Assembly: GCA_046583315.1 (NCBI GenBank)
Contig: JAYGCN010000049.1
Span: forward strand, 1 to 64,000
Length of the DNA stretch: 64,000 bases
Source: Candidatus Hydrogenedentota bacterium
Lineage (GTDB): Bacteria > Hydrogenedentota > Hydrogenedentia > Hydrogenedentales > GCA-2746185
Direction of reading: 5' to 3'
Position numbers and translations under genes: made by a program. Under the pieces are notes generated by a model. The model saw only the letters and a program-made list of their open reading frames with translations, was not told the origin of the DNA and did no database searches. The stretch's first letter is position 1; every line of letters begins with the position of its first letter. Below are positions 18,649-29,429 of this stretch, piece by piece.

Positions 18649-19079
18649 TCGGTGTCGGAAACTTCTTCGGGTTCGGGAATTTCGACTTTCGGCGCCGATG
18701 CGGCGGCTATTGCTTCGGGCGAACGGGTGTAGAGCCATGCCCAGCCGATCAGGATGAATTGCATGATGATGCGAATGACGAGGCCCATGGTGGGGATGCC
18801 TTGAAATATACCGTTTGTTTCTTGCAGCATGTAGATGTGCACGGTAAAGAATATGACGAGGAGGGCGATGATGAACCAGGCTCCCGCGCGGGACGTTCTG
18901 GGGACGGCGAGCAGTATGGCGGCCACGATTTCGCTGATGCCGCTGAAGGCGATCATGAATCGGTGAGCCGGTATGTAGGGCGGCATCATGCGCAGATAGA
19001 AATCGGGATCGCGAAAGTGGTTTATGCCTGCAACTACGAAAAACGCGACAAGCATGTATCGAAAGACAGCTAATGCCAT
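18645..19079 (-). CDS. DoxX-like membrane protein
   Basis: 'FFVVAGINHF..PDFY..MMPPYIP', 'SG..EI'. Confidence 0.8.
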   Translation of the reverse strand: MALAVFRYMLVAFFVVAGINHFRDPDFYLRMMPPYIPAHRFMIAFSGISEIVAAILLAVPRTSRAGAWFIIALLVIFFTVHIYMLQETNGIFQGIPTMGLVIRIIMQFILIGWAWLYTRSPEAIAAASAPKVEIPEPEEVSDTD

Positions 19080-19240
19080 AATGGTTTCCTCAAATTTGCC
19101 CTTTATGCGCTGTCATCATACCCAAAGACTATGCCAGAAACCATCCGGTTTTTGGCGCACTGTTGAAATTGGTTAACAGGTATGCTACTTTTTAGCCATC
19201 CAGTCCTGCAAGTACTAACCTCCGGACCATTTTATCCTTA

Positions 19241-20029
19241 ATGAATATCCATGAAACGGCCATAGTCCACCCTGACGCGACCCTCGCGGATGATGTCGAG
19301 GTACAAGCCTATAGCATCGTCGGCCCGCAGGTTACGCTGGGCAAGGGTACGGTGGTTGGGCCGCATTGTGTGATTGAGGGGAATACCCAAATCGGCGAGC
19401 GCAACATGTTTTACAGCGGATCGCAGATAGGGGTGCTTTCGCAGGATCTCAAACACGGTGAAACGCTTGTTGGGCAGACCATCATTGGCAATGATAATCA
19501 GTTTCGAGAGCATACGTCTGTCAGTGCGAGCACGATGGAAGAGGATTCCGATGATCACCGGGTGACGTCCATTGGCGATGCCTGCCTTTTTATGGCCAAC
19601 TCCCACGTTGCTCATGATTGCCATTTGGGTGACAACATCATTATGGCCAATTGCGTGTGTCTCAGTGGACACGTCGATGTGCAGGATTACGTTATCATCG
19701 GAGGCCTTTCGGGTGTCCATCAGTTTTCCGTGGTTGGGACGATGGCGTTTGTGGGCGGCATGACGCGTGTGGTGAAAGATGCACCGCCGTTTATGATTGT
19801 AGAGGGAAATCCTTCGCGCTGTCTTGGGCCGAACACGGTCGGACTTCAGCGTCGAGGCTTCACGAAGGAGCAGCGTGATTGTGTGAAGCGCATTTACAAG
19901 ATTATGTATCGTTCGAAACTAAACACGACGCAGGCACTTCAGGAAATCGAAAATTCCGTGGAAGATTGTGATGAACGAAATCTGTTTGTTGATTTCGTGC
20001 GCAAGTCTGTCCGCGGTATCATTAAATAA
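19241..20029 (+). CDS. lpxA: UDP-N-acetylglucosamine acyltransferase
   Basis: Hexapeptide repeats, 'QDLK', 'FRE', catalytic 'SHVAHDC', 'GVHQF', 'N.VGLQRRGF'. Confidence 0.95.
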   Translation: MNIHETAIVHPDATLADDVEVQAYSIVGPQVTLGKGTVVGPHCVIEGNTQIGERNMFYSGSQIGVLSQDLKHGETLVGQTIIGNDNQFREHTSVSASTMEEDSDDHRVTSIGDACLFMANSHVAHDCHLGDNIIMANCVCLSGHVDVQDYVIIGGLSGVHQFSVVGTMAFVGGMTRVVKDAPPFMIVEGNPSRCLGPNTVGLQRRGFTKEQRDCVKRIYKIMYRSKLNTTQALQEIENSVEDCDERNLFVDFVRKSVRGIIK

Positions 20030-20059
20030 TTTCTCCGATTCAGGAGCACCACCTTTCTT

Positions 20060-21019
20060 ATGAGTTCATCACCCATCAAAATCGGAGTCGTGGGCGTCGG
20101 CCATCTCGGCTACCACCACGCGCGACTGTATTCGGAAAGCGAACATGCTGATTTGGTTGGAATTTGTGATTCCCGCGAGGACCACGGCAAAAAGGTCGCG
20201 GAAGAGTTTAATACGGCCTATGTAGACTCGATCGAGGCGCTGATCGCCCTTGGCGTGCAGGCCGTTTCGGTTGCCGTACCGACGGTGGGCCATCATGAAG
20301 TCGTTGTAAAATTACTTTATGCCGACATTGATGTGCTGGTGGAGAAGCCCATTGCCACGACGCTGGACGAGGCTCGTGCGATGGTGGAACTGGCCAAGGA
20401 AAAAGATTGTCTGCTCCAGGTGGGGCATGTGGAACGCTTCAATGGCGCAGTGATGGGGTTGCGCAAGGCGATTAAGGCTCCGCGCTTCATTGAGTGTCAC
20501 CGGATGAGCCCTTTCCCCAATCGCGGCGACGATGTCAGCGTGATTCTTGATCTGATGATTCATGACATCGATGTAATTATGGCGCTGGACGATTCAGAAA
20601 TTGTTTCCATTGATGCTGTGGGCGTTGCCGTCTTGTCGAAACAAGAAGATATTGCAAATGTGCGGCTTCGTTTTGCGTCTGGTTGCGTGGCGAATTTGAC
20701 GGCGAGCCGGATTTCGCTGGAACGCATGCGCAAGATTCGCATCTTTGAAGAGAACGCCTATGTGTCCACGGATTATTCGGAACAAGAGGTGATGATCTAT
20801 CGCAAGAAGACGGAGGGACTCGCGGAAGATGCCTCCCCGATGGAAGCGATTGTGATAGAACCGTTGGAGATTGAGCGTGTGGAGCCTCTGAAAGTGGAGA
20901 TTACTTCTTTCCTGGAGTGCGTGGCTTCTCGGGAGACGCCAATCGTTTCGGGCGAGGCCGGTCTGAGGGCTCTGCAGCTGGCGCATGACATTATGGATTT
21001 TATTCGGGATCATTCGTGA
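20060..21019 (+). CDS. Gfo/Idh/MocA oxidoreductase, GnnA-like (putative UDP-GlcNAc 3-dehydrogenase)
   Basis: 'GVGHLG..HAR', 'VEKP', 'GHVERFN', 'DVSVILDLMIHDID', 'ANLTASRIS'. Located between lpxA and lpxB. Confidence 0.8.
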   Translation: MSSSPIKIGVVGVGHLGYHHARLYSESEHADLVGICDSREDHGKKVAEEFNTAYVDSIEALIALGVQAVSVAVPTVGHHEVVVKLLYADIDVLVEKPIATTLDEARAMVELAKEKDCLLQVGHVERFNGAVMGLRKAIKAPRFIECHRMSPFPNRGDDVSVILDLMIHDIDVIMALDDSEIVSIDAVGVAVLSKQEDIANVRLRFASGCVANLTASRISLERMRKIRIFEENAYVSTDYSEQEVMIYRKKTEGLAEDASPMEAIVIEPLEIERVEPLKVEITSFLECVASRETPIVSGEAGLRALQLAHDIMDFIRDHS

Positions 21020-22134
21020 AGCACATTTTCTTCGTAGCGGGCGAATCTTCGGGAGACACGCACGGCTCCAACTTGATACGTGCGTTGTTGAAGCAAAATC
21101 CGGAACTGCAGTGTTCCGGCATTGGCGGACGGGCGATGGAAAATGCAGGGATGACGCTTCATTTTGATTTGGCGAGCCATGCCATTATGGGATTTGCTGA
21201 AGTCGTGAAATCGTTTGGCTTTATCCGGCAACTGTTCAACGATACGCTTGCCCGGATACGTGATGAACGACCGGATGCCGTGGTGCTCATTGATTATCCC
21301 GGTTTCAATATCCGCCTGGCCAAAGTGGTGAAGGAACTTGGAATCCCGATCATTTATTACATTAGCCCGCAAATTTGGGCCTGGAAAAAGGGGCGAATTC
21401 ACACCTTGGCCGAAGTGCTGGACAAGATGCTGGTGATTTTACCCTTCGAAAAGGAGCTTTACGACAACGTCGGCCTGGATTGTGTCTATGTGGGCCATCC
21501 GCTCTTTGACCAGATTGCGCGGACAGAGGTGAATGATTCATTCAGGAGCGAGTGTACGATTGGTTTGATGCCGGGCAGTCGTGAACAGGAGATAAAACGC
21601 ATATTCCCGACGATGCTCGAGGTTGGCCGGGCGCTCAAAGCCTCTCATCCGGAGGCGCGGTTTGTGACGGCCTGCGTGGATGAGGCCCGTGCCGAGCAGA
21701 TTCGAAAAATGGCGGGTGATTTTTCACTTGAAATTGTAAGGGATCAGTTCTACGATATACTCAGTGAGGCGAAATTTTGTCTGGTTGCCTCGGGGACCGC
21801 GACGGTGGAAACGGCCCTCTTTAATGTTCCCATGATCGTCCTGTACCGGGTTAAGCGCGTCACGTATTGGCTGGCAAAGTTGCTGGTGAAAATTGATGCG
21901 GTGGCGATGGTGAATATTTTGGCTGGCAAGCATATCGTTCCTGAATACATTCAAGATGAAGCCAAGGCATCAGTAATCATTCCGACGGCGCTAGAGTTGA
22001 TAGAGGACTCGGAACGCCGCAATACGATGTTATCGGATCTCGCGCGAATTAGAGACGTGCTGGGTGGTCCGGGTGCGTCGGACAGAGCGGCACAGGAAAT
22101 TATGGAAACCGTGAATCAGGGAGCTCATGGATAA
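21016..22134 (+). CDS. lpxB: Lipid A disaccharide synthase
   Basis: 'VAGESSGD', 'IDYPGFN', 'YYISPQIWAW', 'ILPFE', 'VGHP', 'PGSR', 'SGTAT.E'. Confidence 0.96.
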   Translation: MKHIFFVAGESSGDTHGSNLIRALLKQNPELQCSGIGGRAMENAGMTLHFDLASHAIMGFAEVVKSFGFIRQLFNDTLARIRDERPDAVVLIDYPGFNIRLAKVVKELGIPIIYYISPQIWAWKKGRIHTLAEVLDKMLVILPFEKELYDNVGLDCVYVGHPLFDQIARTEVNDSFRSECTIGLMPGSREQEIKRIFPTMLEVGRALKASHPEARFVTACVDEARAEQIRKMAGDFSLEIVRDQFYDILSEAKFCLVASGTATVETALFNVPMIVLYRVKRVTYWLAKLLVKIDAVAMVNILAGKHIVPEYIQDEAKASVIIPTALELIEDSERRNTMLSDLARIRDVLGGPGASDRAAQEIMETVNQGAHG

Positions 22135-24823
22135 AAAACTTTTTGTCATTGATGGCATGGCGTATGCCTTCCGTTCGTATTTCGCGATTCGTAATCTTCG
22201 CGATTCGTCGGGACGTCCGGTTAACGCGGTATTTGGATTTGCGCGACTGTTGCTCAAGATTCTGCGCGAGCACGATCCTTCACATATCGTGATGGTTTTT
22301 GATGCGAAAGGCCCAACGTTTCGGGACGAGATGTACCCTGAATACAAGGCGAATCGGGATGAAACCCCAGCTGATTTGGTTTCGCAGTTTCCGCTTATCG
22401 ACCAATTGGTGGAGGCTTTCGACATTCCTATATTGCGGGTGCCGGGGGTTGAGGCTGATGACGTGATGGGCACGCTGGCGATCATGGCTGAGGAGCAAGG
22501 GGTCAATCCTACGCTGGTGACGGGCGACAAGGACATGCTTCAGTGCGTGACGGATACGGTACGCGTTTTCGATCCCAGCAAAGGGGATAACGGAAAGTGG
22601 TATGCGCCTCAAGATGTCGTGGAGCGTTATGGAGTTCCCCCGGAACACGTGATCGACCTGCTGGGACTCATGGGTGATTCGGCGGACAACGTGCCGGGTG
22701 TGCGAGGCATTGGAGAAAAGACGGCCAAGAAACTCCTCGAAAAATACAAGACGATGGATGGTGTGTATGAAAACATCGAGGACCTGAAGGGCAAGCAAAA
22801 AGAAAAGCTGATCGAGGATAAAGAGAAAGCGTATCTGAGTCTGGAACTGGTCACCATCAAGACGGACGTGGAATTGGACGATGATCTGGAAGCCTTCGCG
22901 CGCAAGGAATTGGATCACAAACGCCTTTCCGATCTGTTTGCCGCCTTTGAATTTCGCGGATTAACGGCAGAATTCATGCCCGAAGAAGACAAGATTGAAG
23001 AAGCGGAGGAACGGGACTATCAGCTCGTGCAGTCGGTTTCGCTGCTCAAGAAAGTCATCAAGGAAATGACGGCATCGGGCGAATTCGCCGTCGACACGGA
23101 GACCACGTCGATCGATCCTATGGTGGCCGAACTGGTGGGCATCTCGCTGAGCTGTAAAGACCGCACGGGTTATTACATACCGATTGCTCATACTCAGGAC
23201 GACCTGCTGGCGGAGCCAATTGACTCGATGATCCCTTTGGATGAGGTCAAAAAGCACCTGGGACCGCTGCTGTTGGACGCGAAAATAGGCAAATCCGGGC
23301 ATAATATCAAGTATGATGCGATTATTCTGGCCAACGCGGGCCTGCCTTTGGGGGGCATTATGCTGGATACGATGATTGCGTCCTACTTGACGGACCCCTC
23401 CCGGGTAAGGCATAATTTAGGTGAAGTCAGTCTCAAGTATCTCAGATGCGAAATGATCCCCATATCCGATGTGATCGGAAAAGGATCTAAAGCCATCACA
23501 TTCGACAAGGTTCCCCTCGATGTTGCGTGCGAATACGCTGCAGAGGACGCGGACATCACCTGGCGCCTGTCGACCATCTTCCATAAATCCCTGAACGAGC
23601 AAGGACTGGAAGGTTTGTTTCGTGAGGTGGAGCTTCCGCTGCTTCATGTGCTGATGCGGATGGAGATGCGGGGCATCGCGATTGATCCCGAGGTATTCGA
23701 GGAACTTCGAACCGAAATTGAACAACGTCTTGCCACCTTGGAAACGGAAATTCACGATTTGGCTGGCGGCCCGTTCCAGATTAATTCTCCCAAACAGCTT
23801 CAAAAGGTATTGTTTGAGGATCTCGGATTGCCTCCGAAGAAAAAAACCAAAACGGGATATTCGACCGATGTGACGGTGTTGGAGGAGCTTGCCTTGGAGC
23901 ATCCGCTTCCGAAGAAAATGCTGGAATTTCGGATGCTCGAGAAATTACGTAATACCTACGTAGTCGCGCTTCCAACCATGGTTAACAGCAGGACGGGACG
24001 TATACACACTTCGTTTAATCAGGCGGTGGCGGCCACGGGACGTTTGTCCAGTAGTCACCCGAACTTGCAAAACATACCGGTCCGCACGGATATGGGCCGT
24101 CGCATTCGTCAGGGTTTTATTCCTGGCGCATCCGGCATGAAACTCATCTCGGCGGACTATTCACAAATTGAATTACGATTGCTCGCGCACCTGACCGGGG
24201 ACAAAGCATTGATTCAAGCCTTCCACGATGACCGAGATATTCACTCGGACACGGCGGCGCGTGTGTTTAACGTTGCCTTGGAAGACGTGGATTCGGATAT
24301 GCGGCGTCAGGCCAAAGCGGTGAATTTCGGCGTGGTCTATGGCATCAGCGCCTTTGGGTTGGCTCGAAATCTGGGAATCGCCAACAAGGAAGCGGCCCGG
24401 TTTATTGATAACTATTTTGAGCAGTATCCCGGCGTGCGGATCTGGATTGACGAGACCATCGAAGGTGCCAGAAAAAACGGGTACGTGACGACGATGTTGA
24501 AACGCCGTCGATTCATTCCTGAAATCAATGGATCGGATGTTCAATCGCGCAAAGGTGCTGAGCGCATCGCAATGAACACACCGGTTCAGGGAACGGCGGC
24601 GGACATTATCAAGATTGCGATGATTCGCGTGGATGTGGCATTGAGAGACACGGACGCTCATCTTCTCGTGCAAGTACATGATGAGCTTCTGATTGAAGCG
24701 CCGGAAAATGATGCGGACGAAATCGCCGAAACGATCAAAACGATTATGGAGTCGGCTTTGGAGTTGGCGGTACCGCTGAAAGTAGACGTGGGCATAGGCA
24801 ATCACTGGGCAGAAATTCATTAA
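22127..24823 (+). CDS. polA: DNA polymerase I (5'-3' exonuclease, intact 3'-5' exonuclease motifs, polymerase)
   Basis: 'VEADD', 'GDSADN.PGV.GIGEKTA', 'DTET', 'YAAED', 'ADYSQIELR', 'AKAVNFG', 'VHDEL'. Confidence 0.98.
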   Translation: MDKKLFVIDGMAYAFRSYFAIRNLRDSSGRPVNAVFGFARLLLKILREHDPSHIVMVFDAKGPTFRDEMYPEYKANRDETPADLVSQFPLIDQLVEAFDIPILRVPGVEADDVMGTLAIMAEEQGVNPTLVTGDKDMLQCVTDTVRVFDPSKGDNGKWYAPQDVVERYGVPPEHVIDLLGLMGDSADNVPGVRGIGEKTAKKLLEKYKTMDGVYENIEDLKGKQKEKLIEDKEKAYLSLELVTIKTDVELDDDLEAFARKELDHKRLSDLFAAFEFRGLTAEFMPEEDKIEEAEERDYQLVQSVSLLKKVIKEMTASGEFAVDTETTSIDPMVAELVGISLSCKDRTGYYIPIAHTQDDLLAEPIDSMIPLDEVKKHLGPLLLDAKIGKSGHNIKYDAIILANAGLPLGGIMLDTMIASYLTDPSRVRHNLGEVSLKYLRCEMIPISDVIGKGSKAITFDKVPLDVACEYAAEDADITWRLSTIFHKSLNEQGLEGLFREVELPLLHVLMRMEMRGIAIDPEVFEELRTEIEQRLATLETEIHDLAGGPFQINSPKQLQKVLFEDLGLPPKKKTKTGYSTDVTVLEELALEHPLPKKMLEFRMLEKLRNTYVVALPTMVNSRTGRIHTSFNQAVAATGRLSSSHPNLQNIPVRTDMGRRIRQGFIPGASGMKLISADYSQIELRLLAHLTGDKALIQAFHDDRDIHSDTAARVFNVALEDVDSDMRRQAKAVNFGVVYGISAFGLARNLGIANKEAARFIDNYFEQYPGVRIWIDETIEGARKNGYVTTMLKRRRFIPEINGSDVQSRKGAERIAMNTPVQGTAADIIKIAMIRVDVALRDTDAHLLVQVHDELLIEAPENDADEIAETIKTIMESALELAVPLKVDVGIGNHWAEIH

Positions 24824-24932
24824 ACGACGAGATTTATCAACTACAACCTGAATGGAATCACATTCGATTCAGCACCCATATCATTACACACAATCGTGGT
24901 CGCAAAGACCGCTAGGAAAAAGGGAACAATTC

Positions 24933-26375
24933 ATGGCAGAAAAAAAGGCAGCTGACAAGCAGGGCGCACGGCCTCGCAAGCGTACCAAGAGCGGTGACTC
25001 CGATAACGGCTCGAAGCAGCAGCGGCGGGGCAACAATGGCCAACGCGGTAATCAAGGCAAGAAAAAATCGGCCATACTGGATGTGGCGGATGAGGAATAT
25101 ATTGAACCGGATTCGTCCGGGCCGGAGTTATCGATCAACAATCTCAAAAATATGACCATGCCTGAGTTGAGCGAAATGGCGCAAGAGCTGGGCGGGGAAG
25201 TCACGAGCCTGAAGAAACAGGACCTTATTTTCTGGATTCTTCAGGAGAGTATCGTAAAAGCAGGGTCGATTTATGGCGAGGGTACGCTGGAAATTCTACC
25301 TGATGGATTCGGATTTCTGCGTTCGGGCGATTATTCCTATATGCCTGGACCGGACGACATTTACGTGTCGCCCAGTCAGATTCGCAAGTTTGGTCTTCGC
25401 ACGGGTGACACGATTCAAGGACACGTGCGCGCACCGAAACCCGGTGAACGCTATTTCGCTTTATTGAAAGTGGAAGCCGTCAACTACGAGAGTCCACAGG
25501 TCGCCAAGGATCGTATTCTCTTTGACAACCTTACCCCCCTTCATCCGGAAGAGCGCATCATTCTGGAAACCACACAAAAAGAAGTGGCGATGCGTATCAT
25601 GGATCTCATCTGCCCAATTGGTAAGGGGCAGCGTGGTCTGATTGTGGCCGCGCCGTTCACGGGTAAAACGGTTATCCTTCAAAAAATCGCGAACAGTATA
25701 TCGACCAATCATCCTGAAATGGTGGTGATTGTATTGCTCATTGACGAACGTCCGGAAGAAGTGACGGAAATGAAGCGTTCGGTTAAAGGTGAAGTGATTG
25801 CATCGACTTTTGATGAGCCGCCGGAACGTCACATTCAGGTTGCCGAGATGGTGTTGGAAAAAGCCAAACGTCTGGTGGAGCACAAAAAGGACGTTGTGAT
25901 TCTGCTCGACTCAATCACCCGTCTTGCCCGCGCGTACAACATTATCGTGCCGTCCAGCGGCAAGGTATTGACCGGGGGTGTGGAATCCAACGCGCTTCAA
26001 CGCCCGAAACGATTTTTCGGCGCGGCCCGCAACATTGAGTTCGGTGGTAGCCTGACGATTCTGGCCACAGCGCTCGTCGAGACAGGTTCCAAAATGGATG
26101 ATGTCATCTACGAAGAGTTTAAGGGCACGGGTAACATGGAATTGCACCTGGACCGCAAGCTGATGGAGAGACGCATCTTCCCGGCGATGAATGTACAGAA
26201 ATCTCGTACGCGTAAAGAAGAACTACTGCTCGGCGAGGAAACGGTTCAAAAACTGTGGCTCTTGGCCAAGGTTCTAGCTCCGCTGGAAACTTCGGAAGCG
26301 GCAAAGTTGCTCATCGAAAAACTTGAGAAGACGAAAGCCAATAAAGCATTCCTGGATCTGCTGCAGAAAATGTAG
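24933..26375 (+). CDS. rho: Transcription termination factor Rho
   Basis: 'DGFGFLR', '[11 protein letters not shown]', '[11 protein letters not shown]', '[12 protein letters not shown]', 'FKGTGNME'. Confidence 0.98.
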   Translation: MAEKKAADKQGARPRKRTKSGDSDNGSKQQRRGNNGQRGNQGKKKSAILDVADEEYIEPDSSGPELSINNLKNMTMPELSEMAQELGGEVTSLKKQDLIFWILQESIVKAGSIYGEGTLEILPDGFGFLRSGDYSYMPGPDDIYVSPSQIRKFGLRTGDTIQGHVRAPKPGERYFALLKVEAVNYESPQVAKDRILFDNLTPLHPEERIILETTQKEVAMRIMDLICPIGKGQRGLIVAAPFTGKTVILQKIANSISTNHPEMVVIVLLIDERPEEVTEMKRSVKGEVIASTFDEPPERHIQVAEMVLEKAKRLVEHKKDVVILLDSITRLARAYNIIVPSSGKVLTGGVESNALQRPKRFFGAARNIEFGGSLTILATALVETGSKMDDVIYEEFKGTGNMELHLDRKLMERRIFPAMNVQKSRTRKEELLLGEETVQKLWLLAKVLAPLETSEAAKLLIEKLEKTKANKAFLDLLQKM

Positions 26376-26450
26376 CGGTATTCGTGTGATCGAAATTCCC
26401 TAGGTACCCCAACGCGTGACGTGCACGTGATGCATGAGGAGTGATACAGC

Positions 26451-27518
26451 ATGGCAGAGAAGCAGGAGATCATCCTGTCGGGCATTCGTCCCACCGGGCG
26501 ACTGCATTACGGTAATTATTTCGGCGCGATCAAAAAGTTTATCGAACTCCAGGATGAAGGGCTTCAGTGTTACTACTTCATCGCGGATTATCATGCATTG
26601 ACAACGGCCAAGGAACGCGTTGACTATTTTCGCTTCACGCTGGACATGTTGCGCACCTATGTGGCGTGCGGACTGGACCCGGCGAAATCCGTCATTTATC
26701 GTCAGAGCGATCTTCCCTGCACGGCGGAACTGAATCTGCTGCTGAGCATGGTCGTGAATATCGGTCATCTTGAGCGGGGCACGACCTACAAAGATGCGGT
26801 CGCGAAATTACCCGGCGGAACGACGAAGGGTCCGGAAGGCAATCCTATCACCTATGGCCTTATGGGATACCCGATTCTCATGGCGGCGGATATTCTCATC
26901 GTGCAGGCGGACAAGGTTCCGGTAGGCGATGATCAGCGCCAACACGTGGAAATGGCCATGGATATTGCCCAGAAATTCAATCATCGCTTCAACTGCGACG
27001 CGTTGCACATTCCTGAGGCGGTGTCGCGCAATGCGCTGCGACTGCCGGGTCTTGATGGCGGCGCAAAAATGGGTAAAAGCGAAAGTAACGATCTGGGCCT
27101 GATGGATGATGAGAAAACGGTGCTCAAGAAAATCAAGTCGGTACCGACCACGACGGATCCTGGGCCTATCGAAGGCGAATCGAACGCGCCTACGGATTTT
27201 GTTCCTCAACTGGCACCGGGCGTGGGCATGTTGTATACACTGCTCGATTTACTTGCCCCGGAAGAGGTGTACCTGGAATACGTGGAAGAATACCGCAACG
27301 GTGGAAAGTTCTACGGCAATCTGAAGAAATCCGTCGCCGAACATGTGAGCGCGTTCAACGCGCCCATCATCCACAAGTTTCACGCGCCTGAAAATGACGA
27401 CGCTTCGGTGATTGAATTCCTGACGGCCAACGCCGAAAAAGTTACGCCCATTGCATTGGACACGGTCGAGAACTGTCGTGACGCGATGGGTATCGGACGC
27501 TCGCTCTACCGCGCGTAA
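26451..27518 (+). CDS. trpS: Tryptophanyl-tRNA synthetase
   Basis: 'SGIRPTGRLHYGNY', 'ADYHALT', 'YPILMAADIL', 'VPVG.DQ.QH', KMGKS variant of KMSKS. Confidence 0.96.
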   Translation: MAEKQEIILSGIRPTGRLHYGNYFGAIKKFIELQDEGLQCYYFIADYHALTTAKERVDYFRFTLDMLRTYVACGLDPAKSVIYRQSDLPCTAELNLLLSMVVNIGHLERGTTYKDAVAKLPGGTTKGPEGNPITYGLMGYPILMAADILIVQADKVPVGDDQRQHVEMAMDIAQKFNHRFNCDALHIPEAVSRNALRLPGLDGGAKMGKSESNDLGLMDDEKTVLKKIKSVPTTTDPGPIEGESNAPTDFVPQLAPGVGMLYTLLDLLAPEEVYLEYVEEYRNGGKFYGNLKKSVAEHVSAFNAPIIHKFHAPENDDASVIEFLTANAEKVTPIALDTVENCRDAMGIGRSLYRA

Positions 27519-27525
27519 CTTCAGA

Positions 27526-28920
27526 TTATTCTGAGATTCCCGCGAGGCCTTTGACCTTGGATACTGCCGAATCCATGTCAAATCCACGGTAGGTGATGAT
27601 TTTCTGCGCGGCCAGTCCCCCACCGGCTTGAACCATCGTGACCTGATCCCAGCCGCCTTGCGTGTCCGCAGTAATATCGCGAACGAGGTTGAGCAGGCGC
27701 ATGCGATCTTCGACAGGAGCGTCATCGGTGGTGCGTAGATATTTTTCGATGTCAGGCCCCGTTTCTTCGCCACGGTAATCGGCTTCGGTGGGAAGCGTCA
27801 GGACGATACCGCCGCAGAGGTCGTGAATGTGTCGGAGCATCAGGTGATAGTTCGTCGCGCCGTAATATTTCGCGAGGTTGATGGTGCGACCGTTGGGGTA
27901 GACCATGCCGCTCGGCGTAGTCTTGTATTCTGCGAGACATGAACGCAGGAAGACATCAAGAGTCTCTGCGTAGAATATGAGTTCGGTAATTTTATCGACT
28001 ACATGGGATGCCTGGCTGATGCCGTTGTAATCGGCCAATAGTTGGGCCATTCCCACGAGCGTCTTTGCGCGTTCGACCATATCCGCCAGTCCTTGTACGC
28101 GCTCCCACAGACCAAGGCTACTTGCGAGCTTTCCGGCGCCTTGAATCTCACCGCACAGGAGCACACGATCCCACGGCACGAAAACATCATCAAAAATGAC
28201 GAAGCCTTCGGGCATGCGGCGGCGATTGCTGACGGGATAATCGAAGGTGCTGTCGCTGGGTGGCTGAATCATCTTGTTGATAATGCGAATCCCTGGCGCG
28301 TTCACCGGAGTGGAAAAGGCGAGCGCGTAGTCTTCTTCACCGGGTTTCATGCGCCGAGTGGGCAACACAATAAATTCATGGACAAGCGCCGCGGCGGTGA
28401 TGTGCAACTTTGCCCCGCGCACGACGATCCCGTCGTCCCGTCTCTCAACGACGTGCAAATACAGGTCCGGGTCATCTTGCTCTAGTGGGCCACGGCTACG
28501 GTCACCTTTCGGATCGGTTACGACCTGGGCCACGCGTAAGTCGTTGTCCCGGCATCGCTGATAGAGTTCTTCGACACGCCGGGCGTAATCGGGCTCAATG
28601 TCGGCGAGCAACTCGCGGCTATTCAACAGCGCAAAGAGCGCGCCTATGGCACCACTGACCGGACTGAGACGTCTCATCAACTCGAATCGTCGGTTGAGGT
28701 CGTCCTTGGTTTTTGGAATCTGAAACAATCGTGATTCGGATTCGCCCTCGGCATTGATGAACTGACCGACATCGGATGTATTGGTGATGACGTAATCGTT
28801 GGCAGCGTGGTCGATCGAGACGCGGAATGCTTCCGACGAGGCAAGATCGTCGATTTTCTCGCCGTTAAGGTAGAGGCACCGCCCATCGCGCAGACTTTCA
28901 CGGTACTCCTCGGGTGTCAT
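27526..28920 (-). CDS. 4-hydroxybutyryl-CoA dehydratase (AbfD) / HpaB-family flavoprotein
   Basis: 'MTPEEYRESLRD', 'TDPKGDRS', 'GIVVRGAK', 'FDDVFVPWDRV', 'GG...TLP'. Confidence 0.85.
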   Translation of the reverse strand: MTPEEYRESLRDGRCLYLNGEKIDDLASSEAFRVSIDHAANDYVITNTSDVGQFINAEGESESRLFQIPKTKDDLNRRFELMRRLSPVSGAIGALFALLNSRELLADIEPDYARRVEELYQRCRDNDLRVAQVVTDPKGDRSRGPLEQDDPDLYLHVVERRDDGIVVRGAKLHITAAALVHEFIVLPTRRMKPGEEDYALAFSTPVNAPGIRIINKMIQPPSDSTFDYPVSNRRRMPEGFVIFDDVFVPWDRVLLCGEIQGAGKLASSLGLWERVQGLADMVERAKTLVGMAQLLADYNGISQASHVVDKITELIFYAETLDVFLRSCLAEYKTTPSGMVYPNGRTINLAKYYGATNYHLMLRHIHDLCGGIVLTLPTEADYRGEETGPDIEKYLRTTDDAPVEDRMRLLNLVRDITADTQGGWDQVTMVQAGGGLAAQKIITYRGFDMDSAVSKVKGLAGISE

Positions 28921-29429
28921 GACTTGGCCGATTCCGTGTCCCCGAAATCGGGTTCGAAATTCGTCGTTTGCAGGCGGACTTTCTCGAGCGCTGAAATGAG
29001 TGCTTTCAATTCGTCTTCGGGCAACTTTTCGTAGACCGAACGAATGCGATCGTAGTAAACGCGGTTCGCCTGTTTGAATGTGGCAATGCCTTTGGGCAGC
29101 AGTTTCACGCGCCAGAATCGGCGATCTTCAGGGACGGCAGTGCGCTCGACGAGCTCCAACGCTTCAAGCCTGTCCACCAGTGGTGTTGTGTTGGCCGGTT
29201 TCACGAGCATCATCTCGCTGATTTCTGCCTGGGTCAGGCCGACATTTTTATCGCTTTGGTAGTAGATCAGATGAAGAACATTGAATTGGGCAGGTGTAAT
29301 GCCGAAATGTCCATAGATGGTGGTGCTCAGTTTTTTCCAGCGTTCGGCGGTGTAGATGACGTTGAGCATTGCCTCTTCGCCGATTGACCCGAAATCATGC
29401 TTGATCTTCATCTCTGCTCTGATGGACAT
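28917..29429 (-). CDS. MarR-family transcriptional regulator
   Basis: 'ITPAQFNVL', 'TQAEIS', 'LVDRLE..ELVER', 'DRR', 'L.PKG'. Confidence 0.92.
   Translation of the reverse strand: MSIRAEMKIKHDFGSIGEEAMLNVIYTAERWKKLSTTIYGHFGITPAQFNVLHLIYYQSDKNVGLTQAEISEMMLVKPANTTPLVDRLEALELVERTAVPEDRRFWRVKLLPKGIATFKQANRVYYDRIRSVYEKLPEDELKALISALEKVRLQTTNFEPDFGDTESAKS

Noticed and set aside
26376..26450. T-box or attenuator before trpS
   Set aside because: The gap is only 75 bp, with no T-box consensus or Trp-rich leader peptide.
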